This document shows, in pieces, positions 28,270 to 41,410 of a DNA stretch of 64,000 nucleotides. The translations under genes were made by a program, and so were the position numbers. The notes beneath the pieces are model-generated. The model searched no databases, was not told the origin of the DNA, and worked only from the letters and a program-made list of their open reading frames with translations. Where the stretch lies: positions 39,990,001-40,054,000 of the forward strand of contig OX597825.1 of assembly GCA_951406725.2 (NCBI GenBank). The letters are read 5' to 3'. The first letter of the stretch is position 1. Each line of letters starts with the position of its first letter. The stretch comes from Octopus vulgaris (Eukaryota).

Positions 28270-28445
28270 CTAATAAATGTTACTAGTTAGTCTCCGTCTT
28301 CCGTATTAATCTTTTACTATGTATATGCATATCTATACACATATATAAATCTATGTATGTGCTTATACACACAGACATAAATATATATGTATGCATATTT
28401 ATATATATATACGTGTGTGTGTGTTAAAGGAAGAAAGAATGAATG

Positions 28446-28755
28446 AATGTCCCCCTTCGGTCATTAATGACCATGGGATTGCACCTAGAAATACAAGTTC
28501 AGTGTTGGTTGTTTGCCCATGCATATCACTTTCCCTTGCAGATCAGCCTTTCCACTCCACATCACCGATGTTATCGAAGGGAAAGGCAAAGTCTGATACA
28601 ACTTGGCACCAGTAACATCGCAATTCATTTCTTGTACTGAGTGAACTGGAGCAACGTGAAATAACGTGTCTAGCTCAAGAACACAGTACACATCCCAATC
28701 CGGGAATCGAATGATTGTGAGTCCGACAGTCTAACCACTGAGCCATCCGCCTCCA
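28446..28755 (-). mobile_element. tRNA-derived SINE
   Basis: Minus-strand head GGAGGCGGATGGCTCAGTGGTTAG...TTCGATTCCCGG carries A and B boxes. Confidence 0.75.
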
Positions 28756-30489
28756 AACACACACACTAATAAGTACTTATGGTTTGAGATGTACATGGTG
28801 ATACAGCAACGCAGACATTCAAAGTGGTCAAAGTCGAAACAAAATTCATTCTTAAATTTCGCTCGTACCCTAAATACTTCGCATGAGTAAATGTAAGTGC
28901 GTATTATCAAATTAGCAGCTTCAATGAGTTACATAGAAAATGAAACGTCGTAAAATTTGTTTTCTAACAATCCCAAAAGGTAACTCATGTGAGATGATCT
29001 TTCAATTTGAATTTGATTATCTTAATCTCAAATAAAGCGTATCAGCTAAACATGTATGCCAAATATCATATTTGCTTCATTAATTCATGTTTCTTTACGA
29101 ATATTCCTGTAGAATATAGACTAAAAATAAAGTGATAACTCTATATGAAGATATGTAGACATTGTTGTATTCTCGGAAGCTTGAACATCATGCACGTGGA
29201 TTATCAGTATTTGCAGGTACCTATAAAGAAAAGAATAACGTTTATTAACATATATGATAAAGTGAATGAAAATAACAAGTTTTCTTTTTTCGTTCAGACA
29301 AAATTATAAGTTTTTAGTAGTTCATCAATTTTCGAGTAGAAAATAATTATATTTCATATCTATTAATATCTAAGTATTTCTATCCATAAGCATGTTTGAA
29401 ACCAAACTGCAAATATTTAACCTCAAAAAGAAGAAAAATATTATCAAATAGCATTCATGCTTGAAAAAAATGCTTTTCAAAAATTCCTTTCTACGTATGT
29501 GAAAAATGGTGAACTCTTCCAAAATATTTTTATTTATTTGGCTGTATAATCAACACGAAATTTAATTTCCGTTAACCTAATGTAATATCATGTTATTAAT
29601 ATATTTTACTCATTAATCTGTTGTAATATGTTGAGTCAATGTTTTAATGTAACGACATTAGCGAATCTATTGCAACATTAAGTACTTAAATTGTGCATAC
29701 ATTGCATAACATTTTTTTTTATTACCTGCTTATTTAAAGATGCCATAATTGAAATAAATTGAGATTATATAACTTCTGATTTGAGAATAAATTTTGGAGC
29801 GTGGAGCCGGAATCTCCTTGATATTTTATTGCGCTAACTTTCATCATTTATTATCAGCATTAATCGAAAGAAACATATTGGTGCAAAATAACAAAAAAAA
29901 AAAAAAAACTAAAATTGAATAATCAGATCTTCTATTATAAACAGTATAAAATATTTTGCAAGGCTTCAAATATTAAAGTAAGATTTACAAGTTTCAACAG
30001 TAAGCATAAAAAAAACAAACAAAATTTATAGTACAAATTATGTAACACATTTTTAACGTTTATCACTATATTTCGTTGTAAACACCAAAACATTAATTTC
30101 CACGCCGGCAGTAGAGGTAAAATGTTTAAGAATAAATTTCATAATGACTTTCTTGTAAATGTTCTGATGTCAAATGGTTTGGGGCTTATAAAAATGTTAT
30201 ATATAAATCTCTCTCTTTCTTCCCCTCTTTCTCCCTCCATCACTTTCTCTCTTTCACTTACCCCCTCTCTCCCTCTCTCACTTCCCCTCTCTCGCTTCCC
30301 TCTCTCTGCTTCTGTTTCACCCTCTCTCCCTTCCCCACTCTCTCTGTATATGTACTTGTGTGTGTGCTGTTTGTCTGAGTGTGTTGTGTGCGTGTGTTTG
30401 AGTGTGTATAGAAATTTATGCACACATTATATAAACATACCCACCCATATATATATATACGATTTATTTAGCTTATGGTTGTTTCACAT

Positions 30490-32185
30490 ATACCCAAGCT
30501 CATCAAAAGCGCTGTGCATAGCAGTATGTATATTTCATGGTGCTTTCATGAGATCAATTCAATTGCCAGATGTAATTGGCAGGATGCTGAGAAACCAGAT
30601 TTTGTTCTAATTCTGCAAAGGCTGGCCAAGCTGATGCTTCAATTTCGCTCATTACTTTCACGGAATTTGAGTCCTTCAAGAGCTTATGGATCTGTGGTCC
30701 ATCAAAAATCCCTGCTTTAAGTTTTTTCAATCATCAAGTCTTGAATTACACTGCAGATATACTTGAAGCACTCCCAATTTTTGTCAAAAACTTTAACGAA
30801 TTGCTTGATCATTCTGAGAGTTTGATGTGCAAAGGGGATAAAAGGATATTATCTCGCTCAACTAAAAGTTCTTCTAATATATTGGCAGCTCTACATGGAG
30901 CCATACTTGTTCGAGGCCGTCAGTCTTTCTTAACATAGTGGTTTTCTTGGTCTCTACTGTCCCCTACGCAAAGAATGTATGCGTATTTGGTATAATCAGA
31001 TTGCTGCCCCATAAGAAATTTCACCATATTTAAGTCAACTCAGATGACTCATTTATGGTCAAGATACAGTATCGTCTCTAATACCAAATTAATTTCTTCA
31101 TATTTTTCCTTCACAGTTGTTGAGTGGCCGAGTGGGACAGAACCATATACATTTCTCTTGTGCAACAATATTTTAAACTATGCTTAGGGGTGCCTATGAA
31201 AAGACGCCGTGTTTATTAAGAAGCCCACTGACATCTTGCGGTAAACCAGCTTTTCCTGTTTTGTGAAAAAAGAAGGGAACTCTTCATGGCGACTCCGCTA
31301 AAATGTTATACGGACATCAATCTCTATAAAACTCTCCTCTTTCAGTCGAGAAGCCAACAGTTCTGCAGAAATGTTTTCGGGGTTCAAGTCACGAACTAGA
31401 TCATTCAACTCAACCGGGAAGAATAGAGGAGGGGAATTCTCAAATGAAATGTCTTGATCGCTCGTGTCTCCTTTAGGTGATGAATATTCTTTGGTAGAGT
31501 GTAAAGTTATCTGAGGCAAGATATGGAAGACAGAAACAGGAAGCTCTTCACTGTGTGGGACCAGTCTCATAGCAGAACCAAGAATTAGGATAGACAAGTG
31601 TTTGTCGATTTTCCGGTTAATACCCTTCAAGTTTAAGTTCCAAAAATATCAGTCGTCCCCGTGATTATAGGACGCCCACCATACTACTGGTATAGCAAAC
31701 CTCATACTTTTCCTTGACCCTTTAGTCCATTGCCCCAAATGTGCTGTACTTTGTTTGCAGACATTATGCGGTACCCAATATTTATCTTGGTCACCCACTT
31801 TGATCCCAAAATATGCCGTATACAACAAAATCAGTGGTGTGATAATCGATTTTCAGGTAATGCCTATTCTCCACAAACATAACGAAACACATTTGGAGAA
31901 GTAACGCAACGCTTTCTTGAAGAGGATATCTTGTTCATTTTCTGTTGCTTAGTTCACCACAGCATCTAAAAAGTACGGAAAAAGAGAAAATACCTCATAA
32001 TTATAATAAGATAACGAACAAGGCGTAATGGACGTACACTCATACATAGTGACTACAAGGATGCTCAATAACTTAAAAAGTAATTCTGATAGGTCGAAAA
32101 GAAAGTTATATTCGGATTCAGGAGACCGAGTTTGTATAGGAATGGTGTCTATTTCCTAAAAACCTTAAAACTTTGTAGACCAGTG
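30490..32185 (-). mobile_element. Decayed DNA transposon, Chapaev3-like (CMC), 3'-truncated
   Basis: Remnants SAMRLVPHSEELPV, ELNDLVRDLN..SAELLASRLKE, WVI*VDL.MVKFLMGQQSDYTKY and KLKAGIFDGPQI. Terminus CACTG at 32185 adjacent to TAA/TTA. The family name is from recall of these motifs. Confidence 0.7.
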
Positions 32186-34135
32186 TAATATATTGGAACC
32201 ATATTCAAACATTCAGTTTTGTACAAAAGTACTTATGTTGCCATTGATCTTAGAATCTTAAAGTTTCAATAATTCCTATATGATGACTACACCTATTTTT
32301 ACACTGAATTATTGAACATACTCTAATAAAGTTGAACTTTAGCCAATACAAATATATACTTTCCTAATTTACCTAACCATATTTCGCCGTGAAGTAGTAT
32401 CGCATAATTATGAATACGCAATATTACTTTGTTGCAATTAACTCTATGACGTACCTCATGACTGTGATAAATCAGGTGGGATTAAATTTGTGTCTCTTCT
32501 TAATATTACATCAAAGCAAATAGCTTATTTGTATTAAAATCAACGTGTACAAATTAATAAAATAACGTATACATGATTCGGATTACATGTTTGCAATGGA
32601 AACTTAAAGGAAGAAGAAATATATTTGGGACGATGCAGTTTTACCATCATTATGTGGAGATAATTGAGTCATATTTTACACCGCTAGAATATTAAAAACC
32701 CCAAAACTCAAAACTTTGGCGAAACTAGTATTAAAATTAAAGTTAAAGGCTATTTTTCGATCATCACTGCAACCTTGCCAATAGTTACTTCAATTGTTTT
32801 GATTCAGTTGAGGATTCAATGAAAATTTTGCATATGTGAATCTTGCTTTCATGTTCTTCAAAGAAATATTTCAAATATGTATTAGATGTGTATATAAATA
32901 TATACGTGTGTGAGTATGTATGTGTGTGTGTGTGTCTGCGAAATGTACGCACATCGATAAATATTATATGTACATATATATACTATATGTCGGTATGCTT
33001 GTATATGCTACGAACATAGATAAATACCATATGTACATATAGATACTATATGTAGGTAAGCTTGTATATATGTATATGTATGTATGTATATATATGTGTG
33101 TTTGTGCGTACTTTGTGTGTCTGTGTGTATGTTTGTTAAAGGAGAAAGTCCCTGCTTATGCAGCAAATGTAAATGCTCCTCTATTAATATCAGTGTAGGT
33201 GTGTTTGACGTCTTTGTTTTTTGGTATTCCGCATAGAAATCAATGTATTTCCATAATCCTGGTTTACTCGGAATACATTTAATTAATCTCATCAATAGAC
33301 CTGCTTTTGTACAATTTGTATATGGGTTAACCAATAATTTTCAGTATTCTTATAATGGTATTAAATGTTTTACATTTCTTCTATATAAGAATTATTCGAT
33401 CTTGTTTGTTGTCGGTTAATAATTCGGTCGAAGAATAGTATAATTGCTAGAGTTATATGATCTAAAGTTCAGACGATAAAAATGAGGTAATATATCTGTG
33501 CATTGATTTTCGCCTGCAGAGAGGATAGCTATAATTCACTAATGAATTAAGAAGAGCAGAGGTTTTTTTTTTTAAATCTCTTAAAGGAAAAAAGATGTAG
33601 AAATTTGCCCTGTATGAAAATAGCGCGATGTCACTAATGTTATGGATAAGTGGAGAGTAAATTAAAATGTTTATTCGACATTGTTGTATGATTATGAAGA
33701 AAAGTTCATGGGCAATCACTTAGCCATATAGATGTTTTATCAATCATTAACATAGGTATTTTACTGTTGATAATAAATGCACTGATCATCTTATTATAAT
33801 GGGCGTTAAGTCTGCCTGTATGCCCATCTCTTCGTCTCTTTGTCTGCTCCCTTTTAAGGTGATTACAAGCACGGTCCTCAGGAGGGATTTTAGCATTAAA
33901 AAATCAGAAAGTATGATTATTTCGTGGATATCGATTTTTGAACTGATAAACCAACTTCGCATTTTTATTAAAAATTCACTGTCCATGAGTAACTCAGGAT
34001 TTTCCATCGTATAGATCGTGTCCACCATCGTAGATACGAAAGGGGTCACGAGGACGGTAAATAGCGAAAATATAATGGAAAAAGTGTGTGTGTGATTATT
34101 TAGTGGTTATTGAAGTGTGTCATCTCGAGTAGGAT

Positions 34136-34241
34136 ATGAAACGGCTAATGGAAGCGGCTATTGTTTACATCTTAGTTTTGTCAATCAAAATAACTCATGG
34201 CACCAGAACATCCAGACATTATTCGCATAGAACAACGAAAG
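34136..34241 (+). CDS. Putative first coding exon of a host secreted or membrane protein (signal peptide)
   Basis: MKRLMEAAIVYILVLSIKITHG|TRTSRHYSHRTTK, then consensus donor AAG/GTAAGT (phase 1). Upstream polypyrimidine tract and AG acceptor at 33858. Non-repetitive context. Confidence 0.55.
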
Positions 34242-36795
34242 GTAAGTCTTAGTTTGATTTTTTTGCAACCCTAAAGATTCCGCTCGCAGAGTCATAGCAA
34301 ATAAGACATCGGGTCAGACTTTAGATCATGTAGGTGTATATTTACCCACTCCGATGTTTACACACGGCTCGTTATACGTCGCTATGAGCAGAGCAACGGA
34401 ATCCAGTAATTTATAATCATATTGATACCATCGAAAGGAATATGACTTATAATTTAGATAAGGAAATTTGTGATCTTTTAACGTATAAGGGTATAAACAA
34501 GCGTAAATAGTGTAAACAACTAAAATAACGGGATATCGAAATAACACTTTTTACTTCATACTTTTTATGTAGTGGTCGCGGGAAGCTCTGGCTTTTGTTA
34601 GGATTGGTCTACATAACCATTCATGATACAGAAGCTGGGAACATATTTCATTTCGGGAGTTGATTGTCATCACATATCACTTAGCCGGAAACACATGTCA
34701 TATCGCTGAAATAGAATACTCTATAACCAACAATAATAAGATTTCTCTACATCAGCCAGTAATCTATCAAGTCCAGTAACACATTTCTCAATACATACTG
34801 CTGTTACGTCTCCCCTCCCTCATTCTCTGCCTCCATCGTAGATGGGTATGTTTTCTAGTTCTTTATAATTATGAAAGGCAAGCCAAAACAACATTATCTT
34901 GTGATAACAAATCTACTGGAGAATATTTGAGTAGGTATGTTTTGCTCGGATAAGATACTGTAAATAAACTGCACCATATTACCTATAATTTTAATCAGTG
35001 AAAATTATATGAAAATGTTCAATCATTTATAATTTGAAAGATACATCTGTATTTTGCTTGATATCACTTCCTAAGCCATATGTATTTAGTTGTGAGATCT
35101 GGAAAAAACGGTTATCTTGAATTATTCTTTAAAAAATTTCCAAATGGTTGTAGGATGGGTTCTTTAGGATACGTTTGTTCGAGCTTTCCTGGCTCGTGGG
35201 AAAACATTCAGTATTTACAGCATCAGAAACCTTATCACGTGCAATTAAGATTGGATGTATTTAAAGAGATGAGTTGGATCTAATTCCCAGATTATTGAAT
35301 TTTCAGTGACAGTGGATGCATGTTAGTCTGAGTAGAAAACAAGATTTCAGTTGTGGTAGTTTAAGTACATGTGCGTTAGATTTTACCTCAGACTATGAAT
35401 AGAAATATATTCAATATGAGCTGAGTGTACCAGCGTTGGTTGAAAGATATAGTTAATCCATATTATATGATTCGATGGTAGTGTGAGTGTGGCGAGTTCG
35501 TTGGTGTTCTGGTTTGTGCGTGAGTGTACTGTACATAATCCGAGATGAAACGGCTGTGATGAGTCTGAAGAGATAAGAAGGTGATATTGTAAAAGCGCTG
35601 AAACTTTTATTTCCATAAACGTTATTTCCTTATGCCCAAGATAAACACTATCTGGATCCTGATATGTGAATGTGTGTGTGTATGCATGTGTGTGTGTGTG
35701 TGTGTGTGTGACAGAATGTTCATTAACAACAATTCAACTGTAAGATAGACAGAAAATATCGTCTGTCATTTCTAATAGCCCGAAGGCTGTTACAAATGCC
35801 AGATGATATATTCAATTATATTATTGAACACCTGAAAACATGTCAAACTAAATTACCGTGTTGTAGATTCTAATTTGTTAAACGGTGAAGATTTCCGATA
35901 CTTACCAAAAATATGTTCGTTGACTATACACCATATTGGATTTTACCTATCCTGTTCTCGAAAATTTGAGAACCTGTTATGCAGAAACATTTTTCACTTG
36001 TCAACATATACAATAATAAATGGAAGACAACCTACATTGTAGTAACTGGCAAAATAAAGAAAATCCCGCATTTGACAATCATATTACGAATAAAAATATT
36101 TCTTCAGTCATGTTTTTTCTTTAAGTAGAATATGGTCCGGTATCATAAAGTGCGTTATGCATAAAAAGGGAGCTCTTTTAACGCTGGATTTATTTTGCTA
36201 ACAGAAAGACTGATATATATTTTCACATTAAATCTTTATGAACGAGTAGAAACTAACGCTTAGTTCTAAGGTTTCTAGCAAACTTTTTCGAAGAATATTC
36301 TCGAAAAAGCAAGAGAAACTTGTAAAGAAGAATGTATATTTTTATATCGCAACGTGAACTCACTATGGACACTTAAATTGAAGCTCATTCATTGCAATAA
36401 AATCAATGTTAAATTGTAGTTTAGAGTACATAAAGCATAATCTGTAACACTTCAATGCATTATTCTGTTAGGAAAATAAACACAATGTGCGTGTGTTTAT
36501 GTGTACTAATTGCTTAATTATATGTATAACATAAGTACATGTTAACACACATGGTGAAAATATATGTGTTCGTATAAGTTTGTGTAAGGTAGGAAGATGT
36601 GGAAGATATTTAGTTGTCTTCAAATCATGAATTGAAAATACATCAATTCCTACAATTTATTTCGTGAGAACAACTCTTGCATAACTGACAAATTTATTCA
36701 TTATCGTTATAGATGTTGCATTTTATGTGTGTCTCTGTGTGTTTGTGAAAGTATATGGATATGGATATGTACCTACGCATGTAACTATATGAATA

Positions 36796-37690
36796 TTGGG
36801 TCATCCATTAAATAATGTGTGCTTTTCAATTGCATGAACTAAACTTTGGAGGTCTACGGGATAAACTAACTGCATCAACTTGCTATAAATGCCGAATGTT
36901 ATTTTAACTTCTCCTTATCGTTAGTGCCAGGTTTTCACTTGCGCATTTCGATTTTAAGAGTTATTTTTTCAAAGCGATAATGGAAGTGACAAAGGAGCAT
37001 ATATTCGGCATATTTTGATTTATGAGTTCAATAAAGGAAACGAAACAACGGAAAGTGTGAGGAATATTAATGCAGTATATGGGGATCAGACAATAAGCGT
37101 AAGTCAGTGTCAACGGTGATTCTAGAGATTCCGGGCCAGAAACTACAGCCTAGAAAACTAGCCTTGTCCTGGAAGAACTGTAGAGCTCGTTGAGGACGTC
37201 CTGCAAAACGTGGTGGACAAAATCCCATCGTAACTGATGAGGAACTAGCAGAGAAGCTTGGATTTAGTCATTCAATCATTCATCGACTCTTGCATACGAT
37301 TGAAAAGGTCAGCAAATTGGGTAAATTGGGTTCTTAACAAACTTTCCGAGTGTAATCGCGCTCAGAGACTGAATGCGTGCTCATCATTGCCGGTACGTCT
37401 CAAGAATGAACGTTTTTTGGACCAAATAGTGACTGGTGACGAGAAATGGCTTCTCTATAAAAATGTCAAGCGCAGAAGACATTTGGCAGGGAAAGCTTGA
37501 GCACCTTAAGCCAGCGCTAGAAGAAAATCGGCAATCTTTACTTTCAAGACGAAATGTGCTCTTCCATCAGGATAATGCTCGGCCATATACAGCGAGAATG
37601 ACATTGCAAGGCTTTGAATGCGAAAAGATCCCTTACCTACCATATTCGCCGGACATTGCCTCGTCTGACTCTCATTTATTCTGTAGTTAT
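36796..37690 (+). mobile_element. Mariner transposon remnant (internally deleted transposase)
   Basis: TA plus TIR. ATG at 36980 gives MEVTKEH..LIYEFNKG, followed by WVLNKLSE, IVTGDEKW, FHQDNARP and PYSPDIASSD motifs. Stops and frameshifts present. Confidence 0.9.
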
Positions 37691-37985
<295 letters not shown>

Positions 37986-38069
37986 TTTATAGGGTGCTTT
38001 CACTTCACTACCGAGCGCAGCTCTGTGTGCCTTGGGTATGTGCTGTGATTTGTTGTGATGCTCTGATGG

Positions 38070-41045
38070 TTATTGTATGGAAAGTGTTCTGCGTAGGATG
38101 TGTGCAGTGCCTAGTAGTGCAATTTTCTGTATGTTATATGTGTTTGTAAGTCCTGGTGTTTTTGTTATGTATTTGTCTGAATATTTTTTTATCATGCCTA
38201 ATGCACCTACTATGATAGGAATTGTTTCTGTTTTCAGATTCCACATTCTAGTTACCTCTATTTCCAGGTCTTTGTATTTTGAGAGTTTCTCCATTTCTTT
38301 TAGAGACACGTTGTCATCAGCCGGTATTGATACATCAATTAGAAAGCATTTTTTTTCTTCATGATCTCTGACAACTATATCTGGTCTGTTGGCCTTAATT
38401 TCTCTATCTGTGTGTATCGGCATATCCCAGAGTATGGTTGCTTTCTCGTTTTCTGTGACCTTTTCTGGTGTGTGCCTATACCATCTTTTTTCTGTTGTTA
38501 TTCCATAATGGTGGCATACCTTCCAATGTATGTAGGTTCCAACTCTGTCATGTCTGTGAATATATTCCTTCTTAGCCAGGACTGGGCAGCCAGAGATAAT
38601 ATGATTTATTGTTTCTTGTCCATCTCCACATATTCTGCAGTTACTTGTAATATTTCTTTTCATTACATGTTTTTGGTAATTTCTGGTGGGGAGGCTTTGG
38701 TCTTGTGCTGCAATTGAAGATCCTTCTGTTTCTGCTTTGAGTCCTGAGCTTCTCAACCATTGCTGGGATTTTTCTTTGTCTATTTCTTTTGCGTTTAGTT
38801 TAGTCCAGTATTTACCATTAAGGGGCTTTTCTTGCCATCGTTTTATCATGGTTCGTTGCTGTTCTATTTTTAGTTTGGATTTCATTTGTTTTATAGCTTT
38901 TGTTGTTTCTTCATCTTCTTCTTCTTCTTCATGTTTATTAGGTGGTATGATTTCTTGTTTGTATTTGTCAGCTTCCTTAAATACTGAGAATAGTTTTTTG
39001 TTTTGCTCGTGTTTTGCCGCTATCTGGATCAGTTTTCCTTCCTTCTGAAGTAGATATTTTTGCAGTCCTATGGTGGTTATTTTATAGTAGTTTTCCAGCT
39101 GTATAAGGCCTCTACCACCTTCTATACGTTGTATATATAGTCTTTCTATGTCAGATTTTGGGTGATGCATCCTAGATCCTGTCATTATTTTTCTTGTTTT
39201 CCTATCTATTTTGGTCAGTTCATTTCGTGTCCAGTTAAGGATATTGTAGCTGTAACTTATAACTGGGACAGCTAAAGTGTTGATACCTATTATCTTGTTT
39301 TTAGCATTGAGCTCTGTGTTTAGTATTGATCTAACTCGTCTATAATATTCTTTTTTTATTTTCTCTTTCATTTGTATGTGTTGTGTCTTATCTAGTTCAT
39401 GGATTCCTAAGTATTTGTAAGTTTGGCTTTGGTCTAATTCTTTTATTTCATTGGTTTTATCTAGTGTGATGTTGTTACTCTTAACTAGTTTTCCTCTTTT
39501 CATGGTTACTTTGGCGCATTTTTCTATACCAAATTTAATATTTACTAGCAGTATCGCCCGGCGTTGCTCAGGTTTGTAAGGGAAATAACTTTAAAGCATT
39601 TTTAGAGAGTTATAGCCAAAAAATAGCAAAAAAATTATGGTAAATTTTTTTTTGAGAGTTAAAAAAGGTCGAGTTGCGTCCCCTAGACAGTCTGTGGTTT
39701 GTGTTTCTAATTCTCGACCCCATGTCGAATTTATCAATTTTTTTCAGAACTGGGGGAACTTTTCAAAATTTTCGCTGCGTTAGTTTTGAATTATGACATT
39801 GGGCTATGAGTGTGTCAAGTTTCATCAGAATCGGTTGAAAGCAGTGGTAAGGGTGAGGGTACAAACAAACAGACACACAGAAACACACACAGACAAACTG
39901 CCGTTTATATATAGAGAGATTTCTTTAGTAAATCCATGAACTGTCTTTAATAGTGTTTCCAGCTGTTTGTCATTTGCAGCGTATAGTTTTAGGTCATCCA
40001 TATATAAAAGGTGGCTGATCGTTTTGCCGTAACATTTATATCCGCATTCAGTTCTATTTAGCATATCAGATAGAGGTGACAGTGCCAAGCAGAAAAGGAG
40101 TGGAGAGAGCGTGTCTCCCTGGAATATTCCTCTTCTAATGGGGATGTCTTTGGTTTTCATGAGTCCCTCTTTTGTTTGGAGGTGTAGGACTGTTTGCCAT
40201 TTATTCATAGAGTGCTCTATGAATTTTATGATTGTTGGTGCTACTTTGTTAATGGCTAGTGTTTCGAGGATCCATGTGTGGGGGATGCTATCAAACGCCT
40301 TTTTGTAGTCAATCCAGGCCATACTGAGGCCTTTCTTCTTTCTGTGGCTGTCTTCAGTTATGGCTTTATTAATCATTAGTTGATCTTTACAGCCATATGA
40401 GCCCTTGCGGCATCCTTTCTGCTCTTCTGGGAACAGTTTGTTTTCGTCCAGGTGCTTGTTCAGCCTTTGTGATATCACTGCAGTAAATGCCTTGATCATA
40501 GTAGGGAGGCAGGTTATTGGTCTGCAGTTTTCTGGTTTTTCTGTTTCATTTGATTTAGGAATTAAGATGGTTTTCCCCTTCGTGAGCCATTCAGGCATTG
40601 TCTCTGGCTCTGCTAGTACGTTGTTAAAATTTTCAGCCAGCTTTTTGTGCATTCCTGTTAGATATTTCAACCAGAAGTTAGGGATCTCGTCATGTCCAGG
40701 TGCCTTCCAATTGCTTAGTCTTTGCAGTGCCTGGGTGACCTCTTCAGTTGTTATGGGGGTCCAAAGTTGTTCAGATTCCGAGTTTGTTATTTTGATACTC
40801 CTTTTTTTTGGTGGTTCGTTCGCCGACCATATTTCTCTCCAGAATTCTTCCAATTCTTCTGCCGTTGGTGCTGCAGTGACTTCTATTTTATTTTTGCCCA
40901 GTTCTTGGAAGAACGTTTTGGGGTTGGAGTTGAACTTTTTGTTTTCTTCAAAGAAGCGTTGGCGTTTCTTGTACCGGCGGATCCTTTGTGCTTTGGCAAG
41001 GATATCTTGCTTCAGCTTTTCTTTTATTTCAGGCAAATCTTTCAA
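38070..41045 (-). pseudogene. RT-RLE ORF of 866 codons once the Helitron 39545-39919 is removed; N-terminus missing
   Basis: NCRPITCLPT, WIDYKKAFDS, GIFQGDTLSPLLF, LYMDDLKLY, CRICx8HIISGC, RHD and PD..D..EKLSKY motifs. The junction reads FTKE-I-NIKFGIEKCAKVTMKRGK in frame. Confidence 0.93.
39545..39919 (-). mobile_element. Non-autonomous Helitron (375 bp) inserted in the LINE RT
   Basis: TC...hairpin-CTAG termini, A|T target with no TSD. Copy of 3393-3764. Confidence 0.93.
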
Positions 41046-41120
<75 letters not shown>

Positions 41121-41410
41121 TCTTCTCGGGAGGACGGACGCGTCTAAATCTGCTCCGTAAGATTTGTGCCAATTTTATTGGGAATTTCTGTGAAAGTTTA
41201 TATATTTTTTGATATTTGTGTGGCCAAGCCAACTAACGTCTTGCGGAGCTAGTTGTCTCGGCAAAATGTTACCCCATTTGGGGTAAAATTTCCGTTTGAA
41301 ATATTGACTTTTTAAAATTACATTCACATACATATTGAAAAAATGTCGTTAAAGAGAACAGTTGGCTTTCCCCTTCTTCGAACACCACACCCGCCACAAG
41401 AAAAATTGAT

